The notes: generated by a model from the sequence alone, not told the origin. Shown: positions 1 through 13,261, numbered from the whole stretch's first letter. The stretch is 59,900 nucleotides of DNA, filler included, from Sphacelaria rigidula (GCA_964200075.2; 7 parts of 7 records of this genome joined end to end with filler, not necessarily neighbours in it); one strand, 5' to 3'. A program made the numbers and translations.

Positions 1-798
1 TGTTCGTGCGTAGTGCTTTTTCCTTTTTCTTGGTGGTGCGTTGTGTTTCGTGCCTTGTTCTGGGGGGGGGGGGGGGTGAGGTGCGGTGCGGTCACTGAAT
101 TCCCGGTCAAAGATTTCTTGTTGGTGTTTTCATTGTTTTCATATTTCGAGCATCCCAAAAACACTGTTACATCATCCAAACGTATTCGCACGGTATACGC
201 CGAAACGGTGGGTATCTCCCCTAAATTCACTGTATGTATCAAGCCTCGGGGGCGGCTATTTCCTCGTCCCCTTCACCATCATGCACCTCTCGCCCAAATA
301 CGACATCACCGATACTGTTGATATATTTTTATTCGCCATCTACTAAATTTCGAGCTTCTCATGAGTTTTTTAATGTATCAAACTGAAAAAACTCAAAAAC
401 GTCTCTTGGTTACCGCGGGTGTGCCTTGAGACATTTGCCTCCATACTACAGCAATCAGCTGGAGGTTTGGATCGTCATTATCCGCTAAAACTTGCAGATT
501 GTTTCATATCCCGTACTTCCTTGGCACACGTCGGGCGTCTCTGCCCTCGACGCTATACTTCTTGGCCGCGAGATAATCGTGGCCCACTTTCTACATGAGC
601 TTGACGCCAGTTTTGACTGGTACATGATTACCCTGTGTATCCTTACTTTTTCCGCGACTAAGCGTTGAGGCCGCTGACTGCAGAAACAGAGATTCCGAAC
701 CCCCCGAAACAGCAGTCACCATCAGGTAGTTCTGAGGTGGCGTCGCGGTCAAGGGATCAACAGCAGGTACAACCCAGATTTAGAGTTTCTCTTGAGCC

Positions 799-1137
799 GG
801 TCGCTCCGGTGGCTCAGTTGGTAACCTCGAAATATTTTGACGGTTGGATCGTAGGTTCGAATCTCGGAGCGATCTAGGATTTTTTTCACACAATGGGGAG
901 CGACTATGTCGTGGGTACATACTGAACGGTCGACGAGTGAAAGAGACTACTGAACCCCTCTCGCGATAAAAAATAAAGACAAGCACCACAGAAAGCAGGT
1001 GGAGAATAAAAACAAACAAAAGAGAAAACAACTCCTGTGTTGACTTTCCTCCTGCGTGACCCCGGCTGGTGCACCCGCATATACCGAAATGTGTAAACCG
1101 GCGTCCAGAATAAATTAGATGGCAACACACGACACAC
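799..1137 (+). mobile_element. tRNA-derived SINE, copy 1 (~340 bp)
   Basis: The head has a Pol III A box (TGGCTCAGTTGG), a B box (GGTTCGAATCTC) and a closing stem GGTCGCTCCG/CGGAGCGATC. The body and CA-rich tail are shared with the copy at 2257-2581. Confidence 0.8.
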
Positions 1138-1734
1138 TTGTCGAGCGACATGGGGGACTCCTGTCGCCGCTCATGGACGGATCCCTCCTTAGTTCAACAC
1201 CGTACTCAAGATACAACCTACACTGTCTGTAGGGCCAAAAGAGAAGCCGGGTCCGAATCGCTCTCTTTTGGAGAGGCATTCCATGAAGACAAGAGACAAC
1301 ATGGCTTCTGCGATTTGCCCCATGTTATCGCATGTCTAGATAATATTTAGGAATAAAGTCGTCTTTCTGTCAATATAAATGTACGGTTATGTAAAGCATT
1401 GTATCGCAGGTCAACGGGACGTAGCACGTGAACACGTGAAACAATTTAGACGCACCGCAATGTACCTGTTCCCATTGTGAAGCCGTCACCTATAATATAC
1501 CGACATCGTCGTACATAAACATCATCCTGACATTACAGTACAAGGTACTTATCCTACCTTTCAGTAGGAAGGGAGAGTAGGGGCCCCGATCGTCGAAGTT
1601 GAAGGCACGCATTTACACTTTTCGGTCCAACACACTTTCGAGAACGACTGTACATGGAGAATTACAGGTTCACACGAGTAGCGTCATCTTTCCCGTCGCC
1701 CCCGTCACGGTAATCCCGAGCATGAGTAAAAAGC

Positions 1735-2057
1735 CACACGTCGCACAGCTCGTGAACTAGTTCCTCTGCGGGCTGTAGCTCACTTGTAGTCGAAAATGTT
1801 CATGTGAGCGACGCCCGATAGCTCACCCAGGGTGAATATGCGTAGCTCATGTAGCTTTCATAGCTCACCGAAGGCGAACATGCATAACTCCATGTAGCTC
1901 TCATAGCTCATCCAGAGTGAACATGCGTAGCTCATGTAGCTCTCATAGCTCACCTAGGGCAAACATGTGCAGCTCACGTAGCTATCATAGCTCCGAGGGG
2001 AGCTGCGCTAAAAAAGAGCTAGCTCGATTTACAGGGAGCTGATCTAAACGACGTGTC
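1735..2057. mobile_element. Non-autonomous TIR element with internal ~42-bp TAGCTC-rich tandem repeats, copy 1
   Basis: The ends ACACGTCG...CGACGTGT are inverted. About 4 tandem units resemble ATAGCTCACCCAGGGTGAATATGCGTAGCTCATGTAGCTTTC. The same right end occurs at 2885-3093. Confidence 0.6.
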
Positions 2058-2256
2058 GAGCTGTACCATTCTTGCCTCCGTGTCTCACGTAAAGAATTGT
2101 CAATGAGAGTTGAATTTATATAAGAACATGAATGACGTGGATGTATCGTATCGGATGTTTTTCCCACTCCACTTTTTCAATCGATCTTTTTTTGTGAGAC
2201 ACCCTAGACTATAGCCTCTTGCCCGAAAAAATGCTTGATCTACTGTTTGTACAGGC

Positions 2257-2581
2257 GGTCGCCCCGGTGGCTCAGTTGGTAACCTCGAAACCTTCTGACG
2301 GTTGGGTAGATTTTTTCTTTCACCATGCCCAACAGTGGAGAGCGACTATGTCGTGTGTATACAAAATGCGACCTAACGATCGACGAGGGAAAGGGACTGC
2401 TAAACCACTCTCGCGATAAAAAAGAAAGGCAAGCACCGCACAAGGAAGGTGGGGTACTAAAAACAATTTTCAAAAAAATGCTCCTGTGTTGACCTTCCTC
2501 CTGTGTGATCCCGGCTGGTGCGCCCACATATACCGAAAGGGGTAGACTGGCGCCCAGAATAGATGGGACGACAACACACAC
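2257..2581 (+). mobile_element. tRNA-derived SINE, copy 2 (B box deleted)
   Basis: Head GGTCGCCCCGGTGGCTCAGTTGGTAACCTCG; the body is colinear with 799-1137. Confidence 0.8.
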
Positions 2582-2884
2582 TGTTTATGGAAGTACAACG
2601 CAGTATAGAAAACACTACAGCACATTGCGATAGTACTGCATTACTGCTGCACACTACGAGTAGACTACGAGTCGTTCACACCCTCTTCTTCTCGCTGAAC
2701 ATACACACACGAGACTGGCATTAGTGCGGAGCTGAACCAAAGGCAATACCAAAGGCAACGCCTTGTTTGCCCGAGGTTTTAAATTTCGCCCCAAGACAAC
2801 GAAGCGAATGCTGACGCCATGGCGGCGGCAGGGAGGTCGCCTGCTAGGATGTCAAATGCTGCTACCTGGTGACTGGTGCCCACG

Positions 2885-3093
2885 TACCGTAGCTCATCCA
2901 GGGCAAACACGGTCAGCCCAAGTAGCTCACGTAACTCTCGTCGCTCATCCAGGGCAACATGCGTAGCTCAAATAGCTCAAGTAGCTCACACAGGGCAAAC
3001 ATGCGTAGCTCATGTAGCTCTAATAGCTCAGTCGGGTGCTACACTAAAAAAGAACCAGCTGGAGCTACAGGGAGCTAGTCTGTCCGACGTGTG
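2885..3093. repeat. TAGCTC-rich tandem-repeat element, copy 2 (left end missing)
   Basis: Same repeat units as 1735-2057 and the same terminal block CTAAAAAAGA...ACAGGGAGCT...CGACGTGT. Confidence 0.65.
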
Positions 3094-4709
3094 AGAAATC
3101 TCATCAACCCCGAAATTTGAAATAATACCCGACCAGTCTAACGGAGGAAGCAGAGATTCGCCAGACATTCTTGAAACCTCTCTATTTTTTTTTCGGGTCC
3201 CAGTATCTAACCTCATATACGTTCTCGAGAAACCTTTCAACCCAGGTTACTTTATTTACCGGTGTTACTCCTCGGTTTTAGTGTATTCGAGAATATGGTG
3301 TTTCCATTGTGGACACAACAAATTTGGTCTATCACAGCGCAAAATATATATGGTTGTGGTGAAAATACGAAAGAAGTAGTCACGGGTCAGTTAGCAATCT
3401 TTATCATATCTTTCCTTACGTTGCATCCACCTGCTGTAGTACCTGTGGGAAAAAAAACATACCCAGTGCATAGATACTGCAAGGACTTCTGCACATGTCC
3501 ATTTTCCCGGGCGAGATGTATGTTTCCTGTCAAATCTTGAGCTGTAGCGACGATGAAAAATGAGCACTATCTCTCCAAAGATGGGTTTTTTTGCACCGCG
3601 CCACGGAAGCATCCAATGGTCTCCCACACGCGTACCACGGGCATCCGAGGATGACGTATGCCTAGCTGTGCATTCGATAGTTGCTTGTGCGGTCATGAGC
3701 AATTCAGAGGTGGGTATCGATGCTAATTATAAGCGCTTGGGATGTGTTCCCTGTGCGGATTTGATCAACGGATATTCCTCAATATCCTGGACTTGGCAAC
3801 CCCTAGACGAAATATCGTATCCTCGGGGTATTAATTCCCTTAGAGTTCTCGCAAAGGTGTCCCCTTGCATACACGAAGCCGTGGCAATGATGGGAAAATA
3901 TCATATCACTCCGTCTCGGAACAAAAATTAGGAGCGTGTCGACTTTTGTGTGTGGCATGGTGGTTGAAGCTCAGGCATATGAACCCACGGTGAGTATGCG
4001 AATTGTCGCCGGAATCGTGATGTTCAAGTTTATGCACGTCGCCAGAAGTTCCCGATATCGATCTTTACAACTGATGTGATGCCCGCTCGGGTTGCCCGAT
4101 GAGGTTAGCTTTCCGGTATAATGGTACCCTCATTGCGCGTGCCGAACAATCACTGGCGAAGCTACGCCATAAAAAGACACCGTGTGTGCGACCTTGATGT
4201 GTGCCATGTGCCCTCCCTCGAGACTTGTCACCTGGGCAGAGCAAAAGTAACCCCGGTTTCGTCCCTGAATCATATGGTGTTTTCCCCCGGAGAAAAACAC
4301 AGGCGTACCTTCTCTCATTTTGTATTTTGTGTCAATGGCTTTTGTATTTTATGTCCATGGATTTTGTATTTTGTGCCAATGGAGGCACAAACTCACGTGG
4401 CACCATAAAAAATCCTCTCGCAACAGACGTGACGTACAGTGGTGTGTAACATGGACTCTTGAAAAATAAGGAGGCTTTTGACACCGCGCGTATAGCAAAG
4501 GTATGGAGTAATGGCGTTACATGTATCCCAATCCCATTTTCCCTTCGCCTACCCAGAAATTCTTGGTACCAGGGCTACGGTAAGCCCCCTTGCAAGTTTA
4601 CGGCAGTGGTGAACCGCCTCTGGCCGACTCCCTTGATCATCCCATCCGCCCGTCGGGCTCGTTTCTTATCCCCTCCCTATTTCCGTCCCACGCTCGCCCT
4701 CCCTCACAG

Positions 4710-7217
4710 TATGGTGCTCTCTAGTCTTCACCATGCGTCGCGACGGGCGGGGTACGGACTCCGCGGCGAGATCGCCACCCTGACGTGGTTGGCTTTCTTC
4801 GCGAACGCTCTCTTGATCGTGCTCCAGCTGAGCAAGCCGGATCCACCCGACGCGAACGGAGCGAGTGTGTACGTTCTCGCGGATTCTCAAGATGGGCCTC
4901 CGGTCACAACCGGGTGGCAGGCGTTTTGGGCCGGCGACGAACCAGTCGACTTTTCGACCGGAAGGGCAAGCAGCGTCGGTAGAGGTGGAGGCCAAGCGGG
5001 GGGTAGCTGTCTCTCATGCTGTTGCGGGATCGGTTTCCTTAGGCAATGCGGTCGCTGCTGCCGGGGGCCTTCTTGTGGTACGCCAAACGCTGATGACGCT
5101 GACGTGTACAGGAGCGAAGCCGGGCTTGATCGCGGTGTCTGGTCAACCGTCGGCGGCCCAGAGGCTTCCGCCACGCTCAACGATTCTCTTCTCGGAAGCA
5201 TTGCGTTCGGGGGCGGGTTGGAAGGGGAAGCATCGCTGTACCGATTGGAGAAACAACAGGGTGGTGGCGCAAGGGAGGATGGATGCATGCGAAAAACGGG
5301 CAGGTTCTTGTCTTCACTTATCGTCGGAAGGAAGTCGGTGCCCGATGGAGAAGACGAAGAGTCGCTCAGACGGCAGCAGCTTGATACCACGTATCGAGCC
5401 TCTTCTGCGGGAGGGGCTGCACTGTCGCCGGGGGCGGGAACACTGATAAGGCCGAGAATTGGGCGCGCGCGGTCTGACAGCTCCTCGACATACTCAGTTT
5501 CTTCCCGAGCGCGGGCGCCGCCTCAGGCCGCGGCTCCGGTGTTTGGCGCTTCGGTCACTCGGTGGCGTCTCGTGAACGCAGACGGGATCCCATTGACGCA
5601 ACGTGGTCTGCCGCCAGATGCTGCCTTGACTGACCGCTCAACGGATCGGTCGTCGGAGCGGACCTTCAGTGTGTCTTTTCACACGGCCACCACCCTCGGC
5701 GAGTCTGACACAACCACCCACGGCGAGAGGACTTCATCATCATCGTCGTCTCCGATCGCTACGCTCGGTAAGACCACCGTCAGTATTGGGGACGGTGACG
5801 CTAGTGGTCCACTCAGGGTCCAGTTCGGGCTTTCGGTCAGGGCTAGCGGTCGCGGAGAGATGGATTGGTGGGGGCGCGACGTCGGGACCCCAGCAAGCGG
5901 CGTGGCGTCGACATCGATAGCAGGAGCGACCGCAGCGGGAGACTGGCGAGTGTGGCGCTCATCCGCGGATGTCCTCGCGCTGTACGATGCGCTAGCTCTT
6001 CACTTTGGGCAAGAATTCTGCGCACGCATTGCGCGGCCGCAGCTGAAGACAGCAAAAGTTTTACGATCGGCCGACGGCGCAGCAAACAGCGATGAGAATG
6101 TCCTTGGTTCGCAGCTGGATAGATCGCCCGCACAATCGAACGCCCCTCATCGTGTGGATATATCCAGAGACGCCAGAGCGATTGGAAGGTTTCTACGCAA
6201 CCTCCTGGGTCTGCGACAGTTCTTGAGGTGAGGGGGGGGGGGGTGTACTCATGATCATGCTTGCCATAGTCATCAGACCATTGACCTCGCTTGAGGTGAG
6301 GGGCGGAATTGTTAAGCCTCCCTCTGCAAAAGCCATTTTTTTCTATCGTTTTGGTTTGATTGCGCAGTCGCTTTGCGGGGGTACCCCTTCGTTGTCTCTG
6401 TGAGCTCACCATGTCGGATGGCTCCACCCGAACCTCAAAGGATGAATGCTGGACCCCAACACGAAACCGTAGGAGCCAGCAAACGGGGGTCGCGCTGTAC
6501 GGAAACCGTACGGTACTGACATGCTGTGTTTCCTTGACACATTTGAAGACAGGACACTCCCTTGTTCCGCATGCGGTGCGTAGCACTTACTTCGGTTGAA
6601 ACGCCCACATGCTCATTACTGTCAAGTGTTTAATACATGGCCATCCTTCCTGCCACCAACCCCCCCCCCCTGCCCCTTACCTTCTCACCACGACCCAAGA
6701 AACCTCCATTTTTACACCCCCGACCCTCGTCGTTGACCTGCCGGTTCCGTTTTGAATTAGCACCGCGGTAATGGACTTTTTAGCGCAACCGCCCCCAGAA
6801 GCGCATGCCCCAACGGAAGCAACCACTGAGTCTTCCGCAAACGTGGACGCTGAGAACTGGCAAGGCTCCGATGACTCGAGCTGTGAGGACTACTCAGAGG
6901 ATGAGCTTGTTGCACCACCGAGAGCGAGTGGCGGGTTCTCCACCATCACCACTGGCGCCAAGCGCAGCAGATATAGTCGCTCTGGTAGGCGACACTTTGC
7001 TGCGGGGAACAACGACGGTAGCGCCGGCGGCGGTGGAAGTTTTGCACCTGAGGACGACGATCCAAAGGCAGCCGGCGAGGCGGTTGCCGGGGCGGCTCTG
7101 GCGGCGGACTACGGAGCGTGGCTCAAGCGCCTGGCGGTAAGACTCCGAAGGGCGACCCCGGCGGGCGATCGGTTTGTTCGACTGCGCCGGATCGGGCCAA
7201 CTGTGACCGGAGAGCAG
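4710..7217 (+). CDS. PX-domain + DEP-domain protein, two internal exons (4710-6227, 6761-7217); partial gene
   Basis: Acceptors CAG at 4707-4709 and TAG at 6758-6760; donors GTGAGG at 6228 and 7218. Splicing gives WRVWRSSADVLALYDAL...IGRFLRNLLGLRQFL-S-TAVMDFL, a PX-domain-like pattern. Exon 2 ends GDRFVRLRRIGPTVTGEQ, a DEP-domain-like start. Confidence 0.7.
6236..6289 (-). mobile_element. Truncated poly(C)-ended retroposon copy with 14-bp TSD
   Basis: Flanked by CTTGAGGTGAGGGG at 6222-6235 and 6290-6303. The sequence matches 41220-41272, 8705-8762 and 10910-10963. Confidence 0.75.
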
Positions 7218-8173
7218 GTGAGGGAGAAATACACTTGCTCTGTGTCATAAGTTCAGGTCATTTTGACTTGTACCCAGACCCTGAATCGTCGCCGATGCAA
7301 AGGGCGATAACTTTTGCGCAATCTGCGGTGTTTCTTGTATTCAAGTCCGCGTCTTTTTTCTCATCTTCGCGCACCTTTATGCATGCATAAACGGCCGAAA
7401 AAGATCAGTTGCCCAAAAAAGGCCGTATTTTGCCCGTTTCTGGAAAACAGCAGACAACATTGGAAACCCCCGGAAACTCCAAAATTCGAGAAAAAACGTG
7501 GAAATAACATCATGCCTCCGATTCATCAGCTTTGTACGATACCCACGCCTCGTCCAAAACCACTTGGACACATAGCTGGCTCCATTTAGTTACAAAACAG
7601 GCAAAAAAAGTCGAATGGTTGCCGAAATTGGTGGAATGTGGTCGAATGGTTGCCGAAATTGTTTCGACCAACGAGTTGTCAGCAAATACGACTCAGATTT
7701 TGTTCCGTTTTTTTTATCAAGAACCACCGTATCTATAGCTTTTCAACAAGCCAAATTGCAGCATCGTGGGTAGCTCCATTGTCGAGATATGATCGGTCCC
7801 CCATAAGGACCTTTTCTTGTGGCATGGAGGAAGTATACACTGGTTAGTTGATGTGTCCCTGTGTTGTGATTGTATCATCCATAAAAATGTCTGATGGGAT
7901 GGCTCTGGTTCAGATGAGGTGTTAGATAAACGCGTTCGCAAATTGAGATGTTCTTATCGTTATCCGTTGAGAACCTGAAGGGCTCATGGAGCCCGCGTGC
8001 GGTCTCTCAGCCACCCCGTCGCTTACAACGGGGAAACAAACAAAACAAGACTCTTGTGCACGCGACCATCACGCTCTGTTGTGCCACTCTTTGCGTCTAG
8101 TCGTGTTCTTAATCCCATGGTAGTTTGCAAAAGAATGCCAAAACACGCTGAAACATGATTTGATCAGAGTTAT

Positions 8174-8472
8174 TGTGAATACCACCATATAGGAGGGAAA
8201 CTCCCACCAACATGAAAGGAAAAAAAATGCTGGATTAAGCGGGCCAACAAGATGTCGAAAACGATCGATGATCAGAAAACTGGTGGGTGACTAGCATGCA
8301 GAGTTTACAAGTCCACGGGAAAGTCTTGTGTGAAGATCGTTGGCTTGCACCCTAACAACCGCAAAGCATTTGTGCACAAAACATGCAAAAAATATCAAAT
8401 ACTGTTCACTGGCGAAAAAAGCTACCTCCACAAACTTCTTCTCGTCGAACAGCGTACGAGGGGGGGGGGGGG
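8174..8472 (+). mobile_element. Diverged TRIM-like fragment, cut by the linker
   Basis: TGTGAATACCACCATATAGGAGGGAAACTCCCAC resembles the LTR of the TRIM at 50493-50907, and the segment ends in a PPT-like G run. Confidence 0.4.
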
Positions 8473-8572
8473 NNNNNNNNNNNNNNNNNNNNNNNNNNNN
8501 NNNNNNNNNNNNNNNNTTAATTAATTAANNNNNNNNNNNNNNNNNNNNNNNNNNNNNNNNNNNNNNNNNNNN
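8473..8572. other. Artificial linker N44-TTAATTAATTAA-N44
   Basis: Six-frame-stop spacer repeated every ~8,572 bp. Confidence 0.98.
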
Positions 8573-8672
8573 GTTGTGCTCGGCTTTTCCCATTTCGATT
8601 TACGGGAAGATTTTGACTACCAAAACCATGCACTTTCGGGGGGGGGGCTATCGTAGAAAGTGTCCGGCGAAA

Positions 8673-8762
8673 ACACGGCGTGCTCCGTCCCGGCTTTGTA
8701 GGGATGCGAGGTCAAAGGTCCTATGACAACGGCATGCACAATCATAGATACACCCCTCCCCC
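8673..8762 (+). mobile_element. Poly(C)-ended retroposon copy (truncated)
   Basis: GGCGTGCTCCGTCCCGGCTTTGTAGGGATGCGAGGTC...GATACACCCCTCCCCC matches 10880-10963. Confidence 0.7.
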
Positions 8763-10104
8763 AGTTTATGGAATACTGATATATTATTTTCTTATTGTCT
8801 TATCGTGTTCCCCCTTCACCAAAAAAACTAAATTACCGAAAAGAACCACCCAAACAGTCCTCCCCCCCAATTGGTATTCTCAAGACTACGAGTATTGAAA
8901 GAAAGAATAGTCGAACATTATTCCCGAGTAGTTCTCGTGCGATGGTACATTGGTGTTTTATTCTAGTACAAGTGGTGGGCAACGTACTGTATGTCTGGCG
9001 AGGGCGCAAGGTTGACTACAGATGTATTGTCGCATACCTTCGATGCGATTTGTCATTCACTCAGACGAGATGTTCGCGGGCGCCCAAGTTTATTGTCTAC
9101 GAGCGAAAATTTAAGCGCTCACGTGAAGACGTTGGTGGCAATAGAGGGCAAGAGTATGACCACCCTGAGAACATGAATCGAAGGGGGTATCGACGAGGCC
9201 CAGGCTCCGGGATTAGCGTCTCGCCGCATGAGGGGTTGGTTCCATTCGTGGGAGTAGCGTACGGTTGATTGATTGATTGAGTGTCGCACTCTAACTGATC
9301 CCCCCCCAGGGGTCCAGCCGCGGTCACATGATGGAGGTACCCAAGACAAAACAAAAGCTGAACACTTGCTAAAGAAAAAGAAGGGGAAAATGAATGTCGA
9401 AGAGAAGGACACAGCAGACTAAGACGTCGAGAAAAAAGGAAGTCTACAAATATTTGTGCACATGCTTTGACCGGAAGAAGCAGTAGACAATGATAAATCT
9501 GGTCAACATCTCTGGCGCAGCAATACATGCGAGCAAACATGAGGAGTAGCATCTTACGGTAGAAGGCGCTGTGCCAGTTCTTGTCTGGAATCAGGGGGTT
9601 CATGGGTGTGAGATGCAGACAACGACAAACAGGTAAATTCGTGATGCCGTGGTAGCGCGCGCACAAACCAGCCCCAAAAACCTTCACGAAGGTCATGGTC
9701 GTACTGCACATGACTGATTTCAGGCTTGATGAAGCCCCTTCACATGAGCGACATTAGCGAAAACGATCCCAACACACCAACTTTTTTCAAACAGGCTTCT
9801 CTCTCATTCTCTCGCTGCTCGCGACTCACAACCGAAAGCTTGGAATTTTCTGTCTTTTTCAACAGCCTGCGTCGGCCTGCGACGTTTCCAGTGACACAAG
9901 TGTGTGACACAATCCATGGTCATACAAAAACCGTACGATATTCAGCGTTGTGGGATAACTTCCGAGATTTCCCGATATTCTCCGTATGGAGTTTTACCCC
10001 TTGTACTCACTGGCGTCACCTTCTCTCTTCCCCTCCCGGTGACTGCCCCACGCATGCCCCGCGCACGCAATTAAACTGATATGCGTCAATATGTGCCAGT
10101 AGTT

Positions 10105-13100
10105 ATGAACAGCCTTCTCCAGAAAACACCATCCAAGTCGGCGATCTCCAGCAGCACCAACGCTTCTCTGTCGGTGTTTCTAAGGGTCCGTCCCCCCGGC
10201 GTGAGCTCCGGCGACGTCGATTCTCGCTCGGGGCGCCGCACGTATCAAATCCTGGAGGACCAGGCCACGCTGAGGACGTTTCCGCCGATGTCTGCAGCTC
10301 ACAGTCGCACGATCAACCGCCAGGTGTGCGCTTGTTTTGTGCAGGGTGGAAGGGTGCAGTGTCTGCTAGGTGGAAGGGTGCATCTTTATATTTTCCCTGG
10401 CGAAGTTTTGATATGAGTTTTTTTTTTTTTCAAATGTGATGAATATGAAAAAACTCACTGAACGGCATACGTGGTTGAAGAAACAATTCGAGATATGATG
10501 GTTGCTCTACAAGACTTCCTTTGTGAGATATCATACACACTGCCGGGAACTCGGTTTTTCTTGATCATTTTCCTAGCTGTATTCTTCACGGGAGAACCCC
10601 GCGCGTGAAATCTATTTTCTTCCCCCCCCCCCCCGCCTCAAATGGTGAGAAGATGGTGAGACACCCATGAGGCAGCGTGTAAGTGTCAGCTGTCTCTGGA
10701 ATTGGAAGTACCACAAAATGAAGCGATTCTTTGGAGTCTGTCATCTCAATGCAAGGTAATCAGTACGCTTCAGGCCGAACAATCTTGGCAGGATGCAGGT
10801 CACCCTTCATGCGACTCGCGGAACACACCACAGCGCTTCGCGCTTGGTGATTGAGAGTGAGCCTGGTTCGGCAAAAAACCGGCGTGCTCCGTCCCAGCTT
10901 TGTAGGGATTCGAGTTCTATCGTCACATGACAATGGCATGCAAGATCATGAGCACATCCCCCCGTCCCCCCACCCGCCCGCACTCCTGCTTTGTCACATG
11001 CCTTATATATACATATATACCTGTCGTCTGATCACGAACATATCTAGAACCTGATTTCGTATGTACTGCCGTGCCTTTTGCGGGTACATCAATCGCCTGG
11101 GCGGGGGGGTGGGGGGGGTGGCACAGGCAAAAGATTTCGGGTTCACCCGCGTGTTTGGGCCGGCGGCCAGCCAGCAGGAGACGTATGAGTCCACAATGCG
11201 CCCCCTCGTGGACGATGTCTTCGGGGCTCGGAACGCTTTGCTCTTTGCCTACGGCATGACCAACGCTGGGAAGACATACACGGTGCAGGGTGAAGAGGGC
11301 AGTCCCGGGCTGATCCCTCAAGCGCTCAAGTGAGTGAAAGGATACTCATGGATGAGGCGCAAGAAGGAACGGTCGGGTTGCCGATGTCGATTTTGTTGTT
11401 CTACCCTGTTGTTGTCGTTGTACGAAAGTCGAGACGCGATAGAGAGTCTGTTATGGAGTTGGAAAAGCCAGTTGATAACCGATGTCCTTTGGGATCGTGT
11501 CTTCTTTTTTTATCCCTCCTCCCCCCCCCCCCTTCCCTCTCGGGTAGGGGACAAGATATGTAGAAGATTTTTGTGCAATATATGGAAGAAAACATAATGA
11601 GTGCCGGAATATTGAAGGTGTCTAGTAGGAGTAGGAATGATGCTCTGTCGCGAAAGGGATGCGTGGTCAATTGTCAAACGGATAAGGCAAGCAACAAAGG
11701 AGTACACCCCCCCCCCTCCCCGTCCGTCTCTAAAGGGATGCGTGGTAAATGGTCGAACAGCTAAATCAAGCAACAAAGTGAATACCCCCCCTCCCCCCCC
11801 CACTTTTTTTCAGGTAGTACTGGAATGACGTCGTATAGTGTCGTCACAGCGTGATCTATCAATAAACAGTAGTTTGGCTTGGCTTGCTTTTACGCGACAG
11901 GGTTTTTTCAATCACCCCAACGGTTGTGACCTCCGGTAATCGATGTAGTCGGTGTCGGGGGCTCAACATTTTCTGGGGCAACTTGGTGTGAATCGCTAGA
12001 CCGCGAGAGAGTGGCATCTGGGTATCTACTGCCTCACTTTTTTTAATGAAAATGATGCGGATTAATTGTATTGTCCGACGCGTGGCGGTTTACCCTTGGA
12101 CCGCGATGGTAGTCGGTTTAGGTCGTGGATTATTTTTTCATGTGAAAGTGATGCCAATTTAACAGATGACCTGCTCTTGCTGCCTCTCCCCGCCGAATGG
12201 CTGAAAAGTTGAAGTCAAGTTTGTGTGCTGCGTGCTTATGTCCCCCCCCCCCTCCCCGTTCCCCCCCTTTCCCCCCCCCCTTTTTTCCAGGGCTTTTTAC
12301 GGTACACGTCACTCGTACGTTGCACGTCAAAAACGTCACGTCACACCGCTGTCACGTGCCGTGACGTATCATTTTCACGACGTCATACTTTTTTTGATGT
12401 AATGTGTAACGTGTAACGTAATGAGCCCTGTTATTTTCCTCCTCTCCCTGTGAATGTCTTATCCCTATCGGTCAGCATTTCCGTCTCTCTCGATGATTTC
12501 CCCTCCTCTCTCCCTCCCTCTCTCCGGTGGTGTTCATACCCCGTCTCCGTTTCTTAGCGACACGTTCGAGCGGCTAGCCACGATGCAAGGCGAGCGTCCT
12601 CGCGTGGAGATGTCTTTCCTGGAGATCTACAACGAGAACGTGTACGACCTGCTCGCGTCGAGCGAAGCGGTGCGTCCTTTTGCCTGCTTGCCTGCTTGGC
12701 GCAGAGGAGCAGAGGAGCAGTGTGTGTGTGTGTGTGTCGGTGCTTTTCATAGCATTCTTCTTGGCTCGCATCCCGAGGGAGATCCAAAAGTTTCCGCCAT
12801 ATCTTGTCCTTGGTAGATTTTTTGTAGCGGTGTCTCATGTATTGTATTTACAATCAATTGCACAGCTTTTGTATCGTGCTTGCTTGTTTGACAAGCCTGG
12901 AGGAGATCCCCTCGAAGAACCCCGTCAGATTTTTCGCTCTGTTGTTGCGTTCTCTCCCCGTCTCCGCTCGAGGGGCCCGCCTTGCTGTATGTAGCGAAAT
13001 TGATCATGGCGTGGTATTCTTCTTTCTTTTCTCTTGTTGTCGCTTTTTGCTGACGTCCAAGTTTAGCACTTGGTGGGACTATGCGGGAACACGGGGAAGC

Positions 13101-13229
13101 CCCTTCTGACTACAGTAGGCCTCTATGTTCTGTGTGCGCCTGCAGTAGTGGCAGACTAACCCTACATAACTGCTATCGAACTCAATGATGAAGAGAAACA
13201 TCGTGGATAGGGTGCACCAGTGCACAATC

Positions 13230-13261
<32 letters not shown>

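Noticed and set aside
799-874. Functional tRNA gene
   Set aside because: There is no proper anticodon arm, and it is fused to a body repeated elsewhere, so it is a SINE head.
1800-2000. The ~42-bp repeats as a CRISPR array
   Set aside because: The units are head-to-tail without unique spacers, there are no cas genes and the context is eukaryotic.
4459-4709. N-terminal 84 codons of the 590-aa ORF
   Set aside because: They lie upstream of a pyrimidine-rich CAG acceptor and are probably intron read-through.
6255-6285. Hammerhead ribozyme core CTGATGA on the minus strand of the poly(C) element
   Set aside because: No GAAA follows stem II, and the motif is not conserved in the other copies.
9123-9711. 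Small minus-strand exons of a gene divergent from the kinesin
   Set aside because: Splice-like signals exist, but the phases allow several readings and no recognisable protein results.
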